A stretch of DNA of 63,161 nt, the filler included, from Cercozoa sp. M6MM (taxonomy: Eukaryota > Protista > Endomyxa: Ascetosporea), in the NCBI GenBank assembly GCA_040357565.1. It is 9 parts of 9 records of this genome, joined end to end, with 100 filler letters (N's around TTAATTAATTAA, not from the genome) between each part and the next. Parts side by side here need not be neighbours in the genome. Positions count along the whole stretch, not along the records: positions 13,286 to 29,399 come from JBDODJ010000294.1; positions 29,500 to 31,621 come from JBDODJ010001841.1; positions 31,722 to 58,050 come from JBDODJ010000149.1; 6 more parts are not named here. One strand, written 5' to 3'. The notes below the pieces were generated by a model. The model worked only from the letters and a program-made list of their open reading frames with translations. It was not told the origin of the DNA and ran no database searches. Position numbers and translations under genes: made by a program. This document shows positions 24,834 through 41,582 of the stretch, piece by piece; positions within the stretch are counted from its first letter, which is position 1; every line of letters begins with the position of its first letter.

Positions 24834-25880
24834 TCACTGATTGTCCGTGTTGCTGTCGTAGTTGCGGCACTCGGCGCAGTCACCCAGCTCGCTGTGTGAC
24901 TGAAGTGCCTGGCGCATCTCTCGCGGGCAATCACAGTGCTGCGACACCCACAAGGCCGTGTGTCCGTCCTTCGATACCTAGGCAAGCAGGTCAACACTCA
25001 CAGGCGTTCGAAGAGATACAACGGTGGTACGAAGTCTTGGTAGTGCGGATCGGCTCCGAGACGAAGCAGCATGTGCACGAGCGTGATTTCGTTTGCCTCC
25101 ACAAGGTCACTGAGCAGCCTGTGTGCTTCCTCTTGTTCTCCCTATAAAGAAAACGTACACCAGTAAAAAGTTCACCCTGCATGCGGTGGTTACCTCATGA
25201 AGGAGAGACATAGCGGTAGCTCGCTTGTTTTGGTTGCCTTGCGTTTCGGCTCCGTGAGACCCTTGGAGTTGCTGCTCGACGGGAGAGCACGAGTATCGCC
25301 GGCGCACTGTTTTCACTCGCTTGCTTTCCGTGTCATTCTCAATTGTCCTGGCTACGAGCGTCACAGGAATGCGCTGCCACGTGCACACCTATGTTGCAAC
25401 AGGGAACTGACGTGAATCTTTACCGCGCAGGCAGACATAAAAGTTCCAAAAGCACCTGGCGAAGCGACGAGAGAAACAATTCGTCCCGATAATCCAGCGA
25501 AGGCACTTTCACGTGCAGGGGATCGTACACCCTGGCTCCCAGCTTCTATTCATAGATTGCAGTGGTTTGAAGTCAGACCAGTTGACATGCAGCGGGCCTA
25601 CCCACAAACGCAAAGCCAGAAACGCCATGGCGTTTTCAGTGGCGGCGCGCAGCACAGTGGTCTCGTTTTGCCGAATCGCACCACTGCTATCCGACTCACT
25701 CAAGGAGCGGTCCCACTCCATGTTTGGCAACACAGCTCCGAGACTCACCAATGCATGGCACCTGTGCTCCCTGCCTGCCACTGCACGTAGGAAGCAGTCA
25801 TTCATTTTGCGTTTCTCAGAAGAAACTGCAACAAAAGTACCAATTTCAGCCAGCAGGTGCCGGAGCAACTCTGCTTGCAT
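24834..25880 (-). CDS. Protein with a C-terminal ankyrin-like repeat
   Basis: Spliced LVHMLLRLGADPHYQDFVSKDGHTALWVS. The 5' exons are uncertain. Confidence 0.5.
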
Positions 25881-26166
25881 TACGCAGCAATCGAATGGTT
25901 CAACGGGCAGATAAAATTGTTGTATTTAAGCTATCTCTGCCTGGACTACTGCAGGATACCGCATTCTGCACGTGAGCGATCAAATGATCGATCTGATCGT
26001 TGGGTGCAAGTGTGTTGATCCTGATAAACCGATCAATTCAGTTTTGTTTTGCTTTGGTACTCGACTGTGCGGTTATTGAGTCGGCTCGAACACTCGGAAC
26101 GGAAGAGCCAAAGGATCATGCGATGTTGTTGTATGAATAGATGACTCAACACGGTGGACACGACAA

Positions 26167-28378
<2,212 letters not shown>

Positions 28379-28596
28379 TTGCTCTCGCGAAGCTCTTAGG
28401 AACGATCGACAGTATCACAAAATCACACAGCCAGACGTGCTTCTGTGCTTTGTGTCTCTAATGACACTTGGCTTCTTTTTTGTATTTTCGCGCTGCTGAA
28501 TAAAAATTGGGATTTTGTCGCCCACTGTGCCCCAGCTAGTGTCTACATCTTATTTCTGGAGTTTAGGAACGTGTTTCACTAGCTTGCTGCCGACAG

Positions 28597-29310
28597 ATGG
28601 CCAAGAAAGAGACTTCGGCGCAGATGGTATTTCGGCCCCCGCCAATGAGAACGCGAAGCTACCGCTCGTGTGTAGCGCAAACGGCACGACATGGAAGTTC
28701 GCCGTTTACGGCAAGAGTGGTACAGTTTCTGTTTGTGAAATTTTGATGTCACTCAGAGCGAATTTGGTGACCTGACCAGGAAGAAACGCAAAGGATCCAA
28801 GCAGGCCAAAAAGGCCGGTTTGGAAGCAGCCGAGGCCGAGCTGCAGACGCGGCACGAGGCGGAAAAACTTGCTCTTGCTAACGAGAATGGCAGCAGTGCG
28901 GCCGCTACAGTTTCTGATTCTGCGTCTGTTTCGAGTGAAGCGAATGAAGCAGCGAAAGCGACGAGTGAGACTGACGCTCTCATGGCGCGCATCAGTGAGA
29001 TGGCCGCTGTGCCGCAGCAGCCGGTGCAACAAGAGCGAAAACTCACGAAAGCGCAGCGCCGAAAAATGCGTCGCGAGGCCGCCGAAGCTGCTGCCGTTGC
29101 CGAAGCTGAGGCTGAGGTTTACTTTCTCTGGAAGCTTATGTTTGGTTTAAATTTGTGTGTTCACGTCTTCAGGCTGCAGAGATGGCGGATCTCAAGCGCG
29201 AAGAGATGAACGAACTCAAGCAGCAGTTGGGCGATGACTGGGGCATCAAATCCATCGCTGCCGACGGTCATTGTCTGTACAGCGCCATCGCCGACCAGCT
29301 CCGACTGTCG
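28597..29310 (+). CDS. OTU deubiquitinase (OTUD6/Otu2-like), 3' partial
   Basis: Charged N-terminus (RKRHDME...LQTRHEAE) followed by the catalytic motif IAADGHCLYSAIADQL. Confidence 0.88.
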
Positions 29311-29321
29311 GTATGTGTGTG

Positions 29322-29399
<78 letters not shown>

Positions 29400-29499
29400 N
29401 NNNNNNNNNNNNNNNNNNNNNNNNNNNNNNNNNNNNNNNNNNNTTAATTAATTAANNNNNNNNNNNNNNNNNNNNNNNNNNNNNNNNNNNNNNNNNNNN

Positions 29500-29548
<49 letters not shown>

Positions 29549-29610
29549 ATATCTGTGCATGTAGGATGTATGGTTTGTGGATGTCTGTGCATGTGTGTGC
29601 GTGTAGTGTG

Positions 29611-30125
29611 CACAGCACGCCCGAGGAGCCAGGGTCGCCGCGCGCGGTGCTGCAGTCGCCGCTGGACTCGCTGCGGCGCGCCGACGATCGCATGCTGACG
29701 CGCCGCTCGCTCACGGCCTCGCCGCGACAGGTGCCTGTCTTTGGGGGTGGGGCTACCGGGTAACAGGGGGAGGGGCTACGGGGTATCAGGGAGGGTATCA
29801 GGGGGAGGGGCTACGGGGTATCAGGGGGAGGGCTACGGGATAGACTGAGGTAAGACTGGGAGGGGGTAAGACTGCTCGTACACGTAGTGGACGCGCGGAC
29901 GGCGTCGCGAGAAGCGCGCGCTGTCGGTGACGACAGGCATGATCGGACTGCCGAGTCCGCTGGTGCCGTCGCATGGCGGTGGCGACGGTCTCGAGGCGCA
30001 CATACACGCGGCGTCGCAGGGTACCTTCTTACCCTATCCTTGAACCTTCCCGTTGTACATCTCCCTGTGTAGGTACTGCTGGCAACAACAATAATAACAA
30101 CAACAATGACGACAGTCAGAATAGT

Positions 30126-30162
<37 letters not shown>

Positions 30163-31119
30163 GCAACAGCAACAGCAACAACAACAACAACAACAACAAC
30201 AGCGGCGGCAGCAACAACAACAACAGCGGCAGCAGCGACGGCGCGCCACAGCGATTCGCCGATCGGCACCCGCGACGTCCTGTGCGCGTCAGTTTCGCGC
30301 TGCCCAAGATCTTGGTACTTCCTGGCGTATGTGTATGTATGTGTGTGTGTATGTATGTGTGTGTATATGTATGTTGTGTGTGTATGTATGTGTGTGTGTA
30401 TGTATGTGTGTGTATGTATGTTGTGTGTGTATGTATGTNNNNNNNNNNGTGTGTATGTATGTGTGTGTGTATGTATGTTGTGTGTGTATGTATGTTGTGT
30501 GTGTGTGCATGTACGGCTATAAATATATAGCCACCGACACACGATCGTTTCGCAGCGGCGCAGCGTCGTCAGGAAGTAATTCATCGATGCACTTACCTAT
30601 GACTAGATAATTTATCTATGTATATAGATACATATATATATATATATTATATGTATGTACGTAGGGATGTATCTGTATCTAGGGATAGACATGTGTATGT
30701 GTATGGGGCAGGAGGAACTGGCGGAACTGCGCGAACAGCGGCGCCAGCGACGACAGGCGCGAGCTGCGGTTGAGGTGCTCCCGTATATACATATACTCAG
30801 TACATATAGACATACACCGTGTATATGTGTGTATGTATGTATAAATAATGTGGGTATGTACTGTGATAGCAGCAGCAGCAGCAGCAGCAGGCGACGCCAG
30901 AGATGCGCGACGACGGCGACACCAGTCAGCTGCTGCCCTACATGAACACTGTGGCCGGTATAGTGCATACTACCTTCTGCCTACAGCCTCTCCCCTACTC
31001 GCTTTGCCCTCCTACTCTCCTATCGGACAGATGCACGCATGCGCGGCCTGCCCGAACACCAGTTCGACATCATGCGGCAACCGTCGCCACCGCGGGTACA
31101 TTCTATCTTTGTTTATATA

Positions 31120-31169
<50 letters not shown>

Positions 31170-31507
31170 AGATTGTATTAATGTATGTATGTATCTGTCT
31201 CTGTATCTATGTATCTATGCTGGTGTAATACATTTGCTTGTGTCTGTCTGTATGTAGGCGCGTCCGTGGATGACGGCGCCGGTGGCGTTGCGGCAGCTGG
31301 AGTCGCCGCTCGTGCCGACGCTGCCGCCGGCCTCGCATGTATCCTTACCCCCCTCCCCCCTCCCCCTTGCACCACCACTGGCACCACCCTTGCCTCACTC
31401 TGACCGACTGGACATGTTGGTGTGTGCCGCAGCAACCGGACCGAGCGCCGGCGGCTGCTTCGATACTGCGGCGCACGATGCGACTGCGCGACCTGCCAAG
31501 CGAGTGA
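29611..31507 (+). CDS. Low-complexity hypothetical protein with a poly-Asn tract, 5' partial
   Basis: GC-rich exons alternate with repeat-filled GT-AG introns. The last exon ends RLRDLPSE*. Confidence 0.5.
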
Positions 31508-31587
31508 TTTCACACACGCGCGCACACATTGACACAGACAGATTCACTCGCTAGTGATTGATTTATTGACAACACACACACACGCAC

Positions 31588-31621
<34 letters not shown>

Positions 31622-31722
31622 NNNNNNNNNNNNNNNNNNNNNNNNNNNNNNNNNNNNNNNNNNNNTTAATTAATTAANNNNNNNNNNNNNNNNNNNNNNN
31701 NNNNNNNNNNNNNNNNNNNNNG

Positions 31723-31796
<74 letters not shown>

Positions 31797-32326
31797 AGTA
31801 ACGCAACCCAAAGAGGGCACTGACAAAGTGAAAGTCTCACCTCAGTCAGCGTGCAGAGCCCTAGCAGCACACCGGCCACCGAGACCTGCGCCCAGCGAGA
31901 CCTGCGGGGGGGGGGGGGTAAGTGTCGGCTACCGTAGGACACGATGAGCGTCGGCACCAGATGAGCGTCGGCACCATGGCAGTGCCGCATCCAGCGATCA
32001 GTTGACGCACGTCCTCGTGCTCTTTTGCTTCAACAATACGATAGTAGACCAACTGGTCTGCCTGGGTCAATCTTTACGTCTGTACGTAACAATGGTTTAT
32101 CTTTTCGGGGAATCGTAAGTATTTAGTCAGTTTAAACGAAAAAGAAGCGCGCCGCAACGCAAAAGCGGCTCAGTCAGGGCATCGACGGATCGTAAAATGG
32201 TGCGCCTGACGACCACCAGGCACGGCAGCAAATCGTCATTTCCAGTCAAGTTACGTCGTGTGAGTCGCTTGCGTTGGCGCACGCAGTGCAAGCGAGAGGC
32301 GAGAGCGCAAGCAAAGGTGCCTCCGC

Positions 32327-32826
32327 CTACGCCTCCTCGTGCACGGCAATGCCCTGCGTGAGCGGCATGTCCTCGGCCTCGGGGTCGCCCGGAGCGGCCT
32401 CGGCCTCGGCATCGCCGGCAGCGCGCTTCATCCTGTTGGCGGCAATGACGGCCATGCCGGCCTTGCGGAACTTGGCCGTCTTGGGGTTCGCCGCCGGTCG
32501 TCGCAGGATGTGGAACCTACATACAAACACAAATACAAACATAAATACACACACAGACACACAAACACACACAAACACACACACATATATATATATAAGG
32601 TACAGCGAAGCAGCCGACTCCTCCATCGTGTACTCGGCAGCGTCGATCTAAATGCACACAGCACATACAAATGCAACACTGTATACACAAGTAAAATACG
32701 AGTACCTCTGGGATGGCCTCGATCTTTTCGACGTCGATGAGACGGAGCAGGAGACCCATCGGCAGCGACAGCGCGCCCAGACCGAGACATGCAAGCCAGT
32801 GCCACCTGCAGGGGGGGGGGGTAAAG

Positions 32827-32874
<48 letters not shown>

Positions 32875-32974
32875 NNNNNNNNNNNNNNNNNNNNNNNNNN
32901 NNNNNNNNNNNNNNNNNNNNNNNNNNNNNNNNNNNNNNNNNNNNNNNNNNNNNNNNNNNNNNNNNNNNNNNNNN

Positions 32975-33055
<81 letters not shown>

Positions 33056-33220
33056 AACTACCATTTGGCGTCCTCGTGGGTGATGAGCGACACGACGCGC
33101 ACCGGCGCGCCGCCGAACTCAACGATGAGGAACTGCGCCGCGAAGCATGCCACGAAGATGATCGTGTACAGCGGGTTGTGGAAAAAGTCCTGCACAGCAC
33201 ACTCACATATAAGTGTAGAC

Positions 33221-33251
<31 letters not shown>

Positions 33252-36200
33252 TTATGAGGGTCACAAGGCACCTGGAACGGGTTCATGTCGTTGTTGAGCA
33301 GTCGCGCGTTCACCAGGTTGAAGAGTTGCATCAGCACGAACACATTAAACACCTGCAGGGGTCAAGTCAGTCAAGTCAAGTCAAGTCACACGCACAGACA
33401 GACAGGCAGGGCGTGGGGTGGGACTACCACAGTGAAGTGCAGCGACACGGCCGAGTGACCGCCAGCGCGGCCGTCGGGCACGTCAAAGATCTTCTCGCCA
33501 GCAAAGATGAGCGTCAGCAGCACCACGCACTGCAGCAGCGCCTGGCCGAAGATGTTGCGCATCATGAGGCGCGAGATAAGCGACACCTGGCGCGCCGGGT
33601 GCCGCTGCAGCAGCTCGTCCGACGGCGGCTCCGTCGCCAGCGCCAGCGACGCGAAGGCGTCCATCACGAGGTTCACCCACAGCAGCTGCACCGTCGTCAG
33701 CGGCGATCGGCCTGCCCCACGTGGTACGGATAGATAGATACTCCAGGTAGGTATGGGAAGGGGGGAAGGGGGAGGGGGTTACCCAGCACAATGGCGCCCA
33801 GTGCGGCCACAAAGATAGCCACCACATTCACCGTGAGCTGGAACTGCAGGAACTTCTTGATCGAGTCGAGTACGTTGCGGCCTGTCACATACACACACAC
33901 ATACACACACACACCGATATACCGGGTAAAGACACATGGGAGAGGGAGAGGGGGAGGAGGAGGGAAGGTACCCCACTTGACGGCCTGCACGATGGAGGCA
34001 AAGTTGTCGTCGAGGATCACAATGTCCGAAGCCTGCTTGGCCACCTCAGTGCCGGCAATGCCCATGGAGAAGCCGACGTCGGCCTTGCGCAGTGCGAGCG
34101 AGTCGTTGGTGCCGTCGCCGGTGACGGCCACGACCTCACCCATGGCCTGCAGGCCGCTCACCAGCACGAACTTGTCGTTGGGCGACGAGCGCGCCAGCAC
34201 CGTCAGCTTGCCACCGATCTCGTTGAACTTCTCCTGATTGAAGGTCTGCTGTGTCACCACCTTGCCTGTGTCCGGGTCCTCCTGTGCACACACACACACG
34301 GCAAGGTAAGCTACCTGTACCTGGGTACAGGGGGACAGGGAGGGTGGGATACTACCTCACGCCACTCGCGCCACTCCACAAAGGAGCGGAACTCGGGGCC
34401 CTCCATGGCGAGCTCGTGGTGCGTGCTGTCGTAGATGCCGGCGTCGCGAGCGATCGCCTTGGCCGTGTCGATGTTGTCGCCCGTCACCATGCGCACCTTG
34501 ATGCCTGCTGTGCGGCACACCTGGATCGCGTCCGGCACGTCCTCGCGCAGCGGGTCCGCAATGCCCGCAATGCCCACGCAGGTCAGTTCGCGCTGTCCAC
34601 CACCATTCCCCATACATTATATATACATATAGACGTACATACTGGGGTACCACAAGCTCCTCCTCGTCGCACTCGAGCACCATGTTGCGCGTGGCCTCGT
34701 CCTTCGGCAGGTCCTTGAACGCAAAGGCCAGCACGCGGTAGGCCTGGTCGCTGAACTGCTTCTGCCGGTCGCGCAGGTCGGCACGCGCCGCCTCGAACTC
34801 GTCCTGCCACAAGGGAGGTAGGTAGTCGGGGGGGGGGGGGGGTAAAGGGTACAGCGGCCTCCTACCAGAGCGTTCGGGTCGTCGCACGACTCGGCCTTGT
34901 CCGTCATGAGAGCTTGCACGCACCGGGCGTACACAATCTCCGGGGCACCCTGGATACACACATACCATACACTATACTAGACAAGCAGGGGGGGGCAGGG
35001 GGTACCTTGGTCAGCACACGAATGCAGTCCTCCATCTCAACAACGACCGACATGCGCTTGATGGCCGAGTCTGCACACACACGAGACAGACGTGTCTAAA
35101 CACACACGGAAGACGGTGTTGTTAGAGGTACCAAACGGCAACTCGCGAATCACGTGCGGCTTGGCCTCCTGCCGGATGGCCTCATAGTCGACGCCACCCT
35201 TATCCAGCAGTTCCAGGAAGGCACACTCCGTCGGGTTGCCACTACGCACGGGACGACCGTCCTCGCCCTGCGTCAACTGACTCGTCGGTGACGTGTTCAC
35301 CACCAGCGACCTGCCCTCAAGGGGTAGGGTACAGGGGGGAAGGGGTATTGGGGTTTAAGAGCCAACGTACTGCAGCAGCAGGTCCCGCACGGCCGCGGAA
35401 GGAGCGCCGTCCTTCTCGACGGCATGCTTGGGCGTCGGGAAGTACGTGTTGGCCAGGAAGGCGGCACGCACCGACATCTTGTTCTCCGTGAGAGTGCCCG
35501 TCTTGTCCGAGCAGATCGTCGTGGCACCTGCGGGCAACACACATGCACACGCACTTCACAGGGTAATACTAGGTGGATACCGCCCATTGTCTCGCACTTG
35601 TGCAGGTTGCGCACGAGGTTGTTGTCCTTCATCATCTTCTTCACCGAGAAGGCGAGCGACAGCACCACGGCGAGCGGCAGGCCCTCCGGCACCGCCACCA
35701 CCAGGATCGTGATACTGCACAAACACACGCGCACACGTACACATCCATCTATCTATCTATCTATCCATCTATCCATCCATCTATCTATCTTTCTACCTTA
35801 TATAATATATATATATATATATATATAAAGATGTGAGAAAGAACATACGCCGTGACAACGTAGGACAGCAGCTCCGAAGCATCGTCGTCCTCCCAGCCGT
35901 CGTAGGCCGCAAAGAAGCGCACGAACAGCACAAACATCGACACGATGGCGGCGCCCAGGCCGAACCATGAAATCAGCGCTGCCAGGTGCTCAAGTTTCAT
36001 CTGCAGCTGCGTCGGCGGCGGGTCCTGCGCCTGCACACACACACACACACACACACATCAGTGCACATGCACGTCTATACCCCCGTATATATATACACAT
36101 ATCAAGGGTAAGGAATCGCACCTCGAGCTTGCTCTTGAGTCGCGTGGAGAAGGTGCGCGTGCCGACGGCCAGTGCGAGCATCGAGCCGCTGCCGGCACCG

Positions 36201-37354
36201 ATCGTCGTGCCCGAGATGAGCAGACTGTTGTGCGGCTCCTTCTTCAGCAGGTCCGGCTCACCTACACACACAAACATATACATATATAAGTATATACAAG
36301 TATAGAGGACTCGGGGGAGTACCAGTCAGAGAGGACTCGTTGGCCTTGAGTTCCGAGCTGTTGATGCACACGCCGTCGGCCACGAGAGCGTTGCCTTGAC
36401 GCAGCTGCACGGGGGGAGGGGGGTGGGGGAGGGGGGTAGGTAGGTAGATAGGTAAGTAGGTGGCAGGTAACATGTAGGGAAGAGAGCAGGGCCAGAGAGG
36501 GCTACCACAATGACGTCGCCCACGACGATCTCCTTGAGGTTGACCAGGAAGGGCTCGGGCGCACAGGCGCGCTTCACAAATACGTCGATGTTGTCGGCCA
36601 CGGCCGAGAGCTCGGCGAACTTCTTCTGCTTCTGGTAGTCCGTGCCGGCGCCGGTGAGCACGACGATGGAGACGGCGATGAGGATGACAACGCCGTCGAG
36701 CCAGCCGAGTTCCTCGTCCTCCGAGGACAGGAAGACGCCCAGCGGGATCTGCACCACGGCGCACACGATCAGCAGCAGCAGGATCTTGTCCTCCAGCTGC
36801 TCCATGCAGAACGACAGGAACGAGCGCAGCGGCGGCGGCGGCACCACGTTGGCGCCGAAGCGCACGCGACTCTCCTCCACCTGCAGACTCCCCATTAGAC
36901 ACCCAAGCTTAGACCCCCACCATCCTATATATATCATAAAGCACCTGCTGGTCGGTGAGACCCACATCCGGATCGACCTCTGTGCAGTAGGAAAAATACA
37001 ACTGCAAGACTCAGAGATCACTCAGCGATCATTGGGATTGGGCGCCAAATGAAACCAAAAAACGCATGGGTAAAGCAAGGAGGCGATCACTCGCGATCAA
37101 CACGCGATCACTCGCGATCAGAAACTATCGTTTCGGGTACCAAGCGCGTCGACGGCCCGGTTGAAGGCGTCCTCTTCGTCGCCCGGTTGCAGCTCCTTTC
37201 GGACGTAGTTGTCGAACACTTGGATGAACGACGCCTGCAGGTCGCCGCCCTGAGCAACCAAAGCAGAGAAGTCTATCCGCGCGCAACACCTCGGATGATG
37301 CGAACGAACCTTGACTCCCGTGTCCGAGGTCATCTCGGTCTCCGTATCAGCCAT
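32327..37354 (-). CDS. P-type IIB (PMCA) Ca2+-transporting ATPase
   Basis: [64 protein letters not shown] and [22 protein letters not shown]. Confidence 0.96.
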
Positions 37355-37847
37355 CGTTGGGCGGTGTGACGTTTAATACAGACCACGGAAGGGACACCGG
37401 TGCGCGAAACACAAAAATACACAGACGCCTTGTCTTGGCCCTCAAAAAAGTGGCGATACACACGCCACTCGGTCACGCTCAATCGACCTAGCACGCAGAG
37501 CTGCACACACTACGCACAAGTGTTGGGTTTAAAAATGGGTAATTTCTGCGAGCAATGCAACAGGGTGGCACACCAGTCAAAGCACCTTGGCTGGTCTTTT
37601 CGTCCTCGTTCCTCGTGGACACCCAGTCTGTCCTCACTGTGATCCCGTATGTCTATGGACCGCCAGCGAAAACGCGGATGCACGTGTTTGGGTCTCGATC
37701 ACCGTCTATCTGCTAGAAAAGTTTATTTAAAAATTCTTAGCTAGTCGGCGCTCCGCCTGACTGCTTGGCACCAACAGCCAGCCGGTAGCCGGTGCTGAGG
37801 GCAGGCCAGGTTTGGTAAATCAATACTGATAAAGTGGCTTATGTTCG

Positions 37848-40310
37848 ATGTGGTTTCTCGACCGCGAAACGTCCGATGATGTCGGCAAGTCCTTGTATTG
37901 GGAGCAACTCCTGTGCGACCTCGTGGGCGACTGTATCATTTGCATACATGCAACAGAAATAGTCTATAGTGCAGCCAACTGTCAAGTTTCGTGCATACCT
38001 CCGGCATCATGCGCAGGCTCCATCGAGTTCGACGCTGCTGACTCACCCGAGCACGACCATGACTACCTTGTCTCAGTAAATTAATACCAAAACCTTCAGT
38101 CTCTGTGTTCCTTTTCTGCGTCGTGCAGGTGTCTGTGTGCAGCCAAAATTGATGAAACAGCGCTGCACTCAGCGAACGTCGCTCGAATTCGATCCACACA
38201 ACGCCTGTCTGCTGGTACAGTCGTTGCTGCCGAGTGTGAGGATGGGTACCATGCATAGTACCTGGCGTAGCTGGCAGGCACCGACAAGGGACGCGTGGAG
38301 TTGTACGACACGTCGAGTTTTCTCTGCAGCAACGACGAGGACAACCGCGTGAGTCGCAATCTGTACGCACGGCACAAGAAGTGTTCCCCTGCACGTGTGG
38401 TGTCGACTTGTTGGTAGCCACCCAAAGTAGGCTTGACGGGGGGGGGTTGAAAGTACGGTCGAGTTGCCTGACAGGTACCCGCAAGATGCGTCTATGTTCG
38501 CTGCTCTGTGGCTGGATCAGCACGTCGGTCTGTTCGACACAGAGAGTGGCGGTATGCTGTGGCATGTGACATGTCTCCACGAGGAGAGTTATGAGAACGG
38601 ACCTGTTGTGTGCACAGAGTGCGTGCTGCGAAGCAGGTGCGTGGAGGGAGTGCTGCGGCCGCGCTGGCAGCCAGTGCAAGCACGTGCACGTACGACCTTG
38701 CTGGCGGTGGCCACCGGTGACCCTATCCCGGTACACATAGCACCGTCCTGAGTAGGTGTCAGTGTGCACTAAGTGTGGCTGCTTCAGGTGGTGATGGACA
38801 TGACCACAGGCATGGCAGCGGCCTGTCTCGGCACTAGTCGCATAACTGGACACTCACACGAGACCTCTGCCGTGGCCTGGCAGACTGACACTCTGCTGTG
38901 GTACTATACATATATATATATGTATATGTATATGTATGTGTATCTTGTACATATGTATCTGTATATGTAGGATAGGCGACCGGTCGGGTAGAGTGCTGTT
39001 GTGGGACGTGCGAAAGCCAGAGGCCCCAGTGCTGCAGATGGACGCGCATGTCCCTGTCCCGTCAGTAGCGACACCAAGCAATGTCAGTCCTGTGACTGAC
39101 CATGGGACTGGCCAGGCCCAGACGACACCGAGACCACCTGTGTCCGCACCGAGACCGAGACAGGAAGAAGTCCGTGCTGTCGCCAACACCAGCGACGACT
39201 GGAAGCGACGACTGCGTCTGCACCGACAGAGACGCGACAGTGCTCTGCGTACGCAGCGTGCTGAGGTACTTCTTTCTCTTTGCTTGTGTGTGTATGGGTG
39301 TGTGTAATGCTCACACACCTCACTTCCTCTCGACCAGGAGGAGAGGAAGTTCCGAGAGGCGACAGAGCCGCGCGTGGTGCAACAGATGCTGCCGAGTCCC
39401 ATGGTCGACACTGGGTGAGTTTTCTCGTGTGCCCCTCTCTCTCTCCCTCTCTTTCCCTCTCTCCCTATCTCTTTCCCTCTCCCTCTCTCCCCTCTCTCTC
39501 CCTCCCTCTCTCCCCTCTCTCTCTACTGTCGACTGAGGGAGGACCTTGTTGCCTGGACTGACGCTGTGTGTGACTGACAGTGCACGCGCGCAGGAGGCCG
39601 GCGTCATCGGCATTGCGCCGAGTGACAAGTACGTCGCCGTGGCAGGCAGCACGGGCGTTCGGGTCTTTGCTCAAGATACGGTATGCACCCATTCTCCTCC
39701 TCCTGTACCTACCTGTTGGTACACACACACGTTTCTTCGCATTAGGGTCACTTCCTGTGTCGCTCCTTTCGCGCGGACGTGTCGTGCTTGACACGATTGT
39801 GTTCGCGCGACTACTTTGCCTACGCGAGCGGCGGTTCTGTGCTCGTGAAACGCTACGTCGCCAAGGATTACAGCTGCACGCGCGGCTGTCAGGTCGGTGC
39901 GCTCTTTGCCGACATTGTTGCCATGCACGCACATCCCTACCTCCCTGGTACACACGCACCTATGTTTGTATTGTATAAATATATACATGTAATTTATAGA
40001 TACATATACACAATACAATCTAAACATATTATATATATCCACCTGGCTAGTGATCGTTGCTGCTGGTGTTGACGGCAGTATGGCCTGTGTTCGGCCAGCC
40101 GCACTCGTGCGCTCGCGTCTGCGTCAGGTACACGTGCGGCAGGAGAACGTCGCATTTGCTGGCACGCGGATCGAGCAGCACTACGCGAGTCGGCAGCGAC
40201 ACGGCGCCGTGCGAGACCCAAAGGCCTTCCCGCGGGCGCACGATGATGTTGTGTCTGACTACGACGAGTGGACCGAGTCGGAACCTGAAAACGAGACTAC
40301 CGGCGATTGA
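37848..40310 (+). CDS. ERCC8: ERCC8/CSA-like WD40 excision-repair protein
   Basis: TSLEFDP...LAGTDKGRVELYD, WYPQDASMFAALWLDQHVGLFDT (compare CSA WYP.D..MF) and GDRSGRVLLWDVR. Confidence 0.72.
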
Positions 40311-40534
40311 TCCCCATCCAAATCCGGCAGTAAGCGCGTCTGGTCAACTTAGTTGTTACCGCGCCGCAGCCCTGTCAGATATGGATCAGGCCTCTCGTGA
40401 GGTTTTTGTAAATTTGTAGGATTGCTTCCGCACGGATACGATACAGTAGTTCATGCTGTAACACAGTACTTTACATCGTGTGCGCATCAGCATCGGTATG
40501 GTACTATCATGACATTTATTACACTCGATTTCGT

Positions 40535-41380
40535 TTAATTTGACTCGGACGAGACGGTGAGGAACAGGTGTTCGGGCGACGGCAGCTGCTTCAACTCGGC
40601 AAGCGTGGTCAGCACGACGCCGGCGTCGCGTAGCCGCGCCAGCATGCCTCTCTCGGAGTCAGTGGCGACCGAAGCGGCCGCGTCGGTGACTACGGCAACG
40701 TCAAGACCCGCCTTGCGTGCGTCGAGTGCCTGTGTCACACAGCACCTTTTAGGTCAAGTAGGATAGCGAGCGATGCCTACCGTGAAGCCAACGCAGTAGT
40801 CGAACGCAAGTCCAGCCACAATGACCCGAGTGACACCTGCCTGATTCAGCAGCTGCTCCAACTCGGTCTTCGTGATGCCGTCGTTGTCGCAGAAACCACT
40901 GTAGCTGTCGGCCTCTCCCATACCTAGGAACGTTGTGCACAGTGCATGCTATGGCTGAGACATGCACATATGCACAAGTCAGTCTGTACCCTTACGCACG
41001 ACAACATCCGTCTCGGCACGTTCGAGACTCGAGTGGAACTCGGCGCCACGCGACTCCTGCACGCAGTGATCGGGCCACAGCATCTGCTCGCGCCCGTTAG
41101 AAAGTGTCACACTAGTGAAGCACTCGCGTCCGTGCGTGCTCGCAAACGACGAATGTCCGCGCGGATGCCAGTCCTGCGTGAGCGCCACCAGACGCCATTG
41201 TGCTAGTCTGCGCAGCTCGTTGCACTTGGCAGGCACACACTCACCTCCAGAAACAGCCAGCGAGCCATCTGGCGGCATAAAGTCGTTCTGCACGTCCACA
41301 AGAATGAGCGCTCTGCGCAACGGTGGTGAACCTTTTTCGGCATTTGGCAATTTCAAAGAAGAATCGTACGTGGCAGTCAT
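40535..41380 (-). CDS. PNC1: Nicotinamidase/pyrazinamidase
   Basis: ALILVDVQNDF, TQDWHP, LWPDHCVQ, DSYSGF and GLAFDYCV; two GT-AG introns. Confidence 0.95.
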
Positions 41381-41582
41381 TATACGGCCTAAATGCCCGT
41401 CGAACACGTTTATAGAAATATTTACACCTGTTAAAGTTAACGGGATAGGTTCTAACTCGATAAATACTCAGTATTTTTCCTGCCCCTTGTTTTCACTGTA
41501 GCCAAAAAACGCAGCATGGCCAGGAAGGAGCGTGGGCCACAGAGCAGGCGCAGGCGTGTGTTTGTGCTGTGTGAAAGTAATC

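Noticed and set aside
29311-33052. ORFs such as CVCVCV, HTHTHT, YIYIYI and poly-Cys
   Set aside because: They are translations of (GT)n and (AT)n microsatellites or of the antisense strand of poly-Asn codons.
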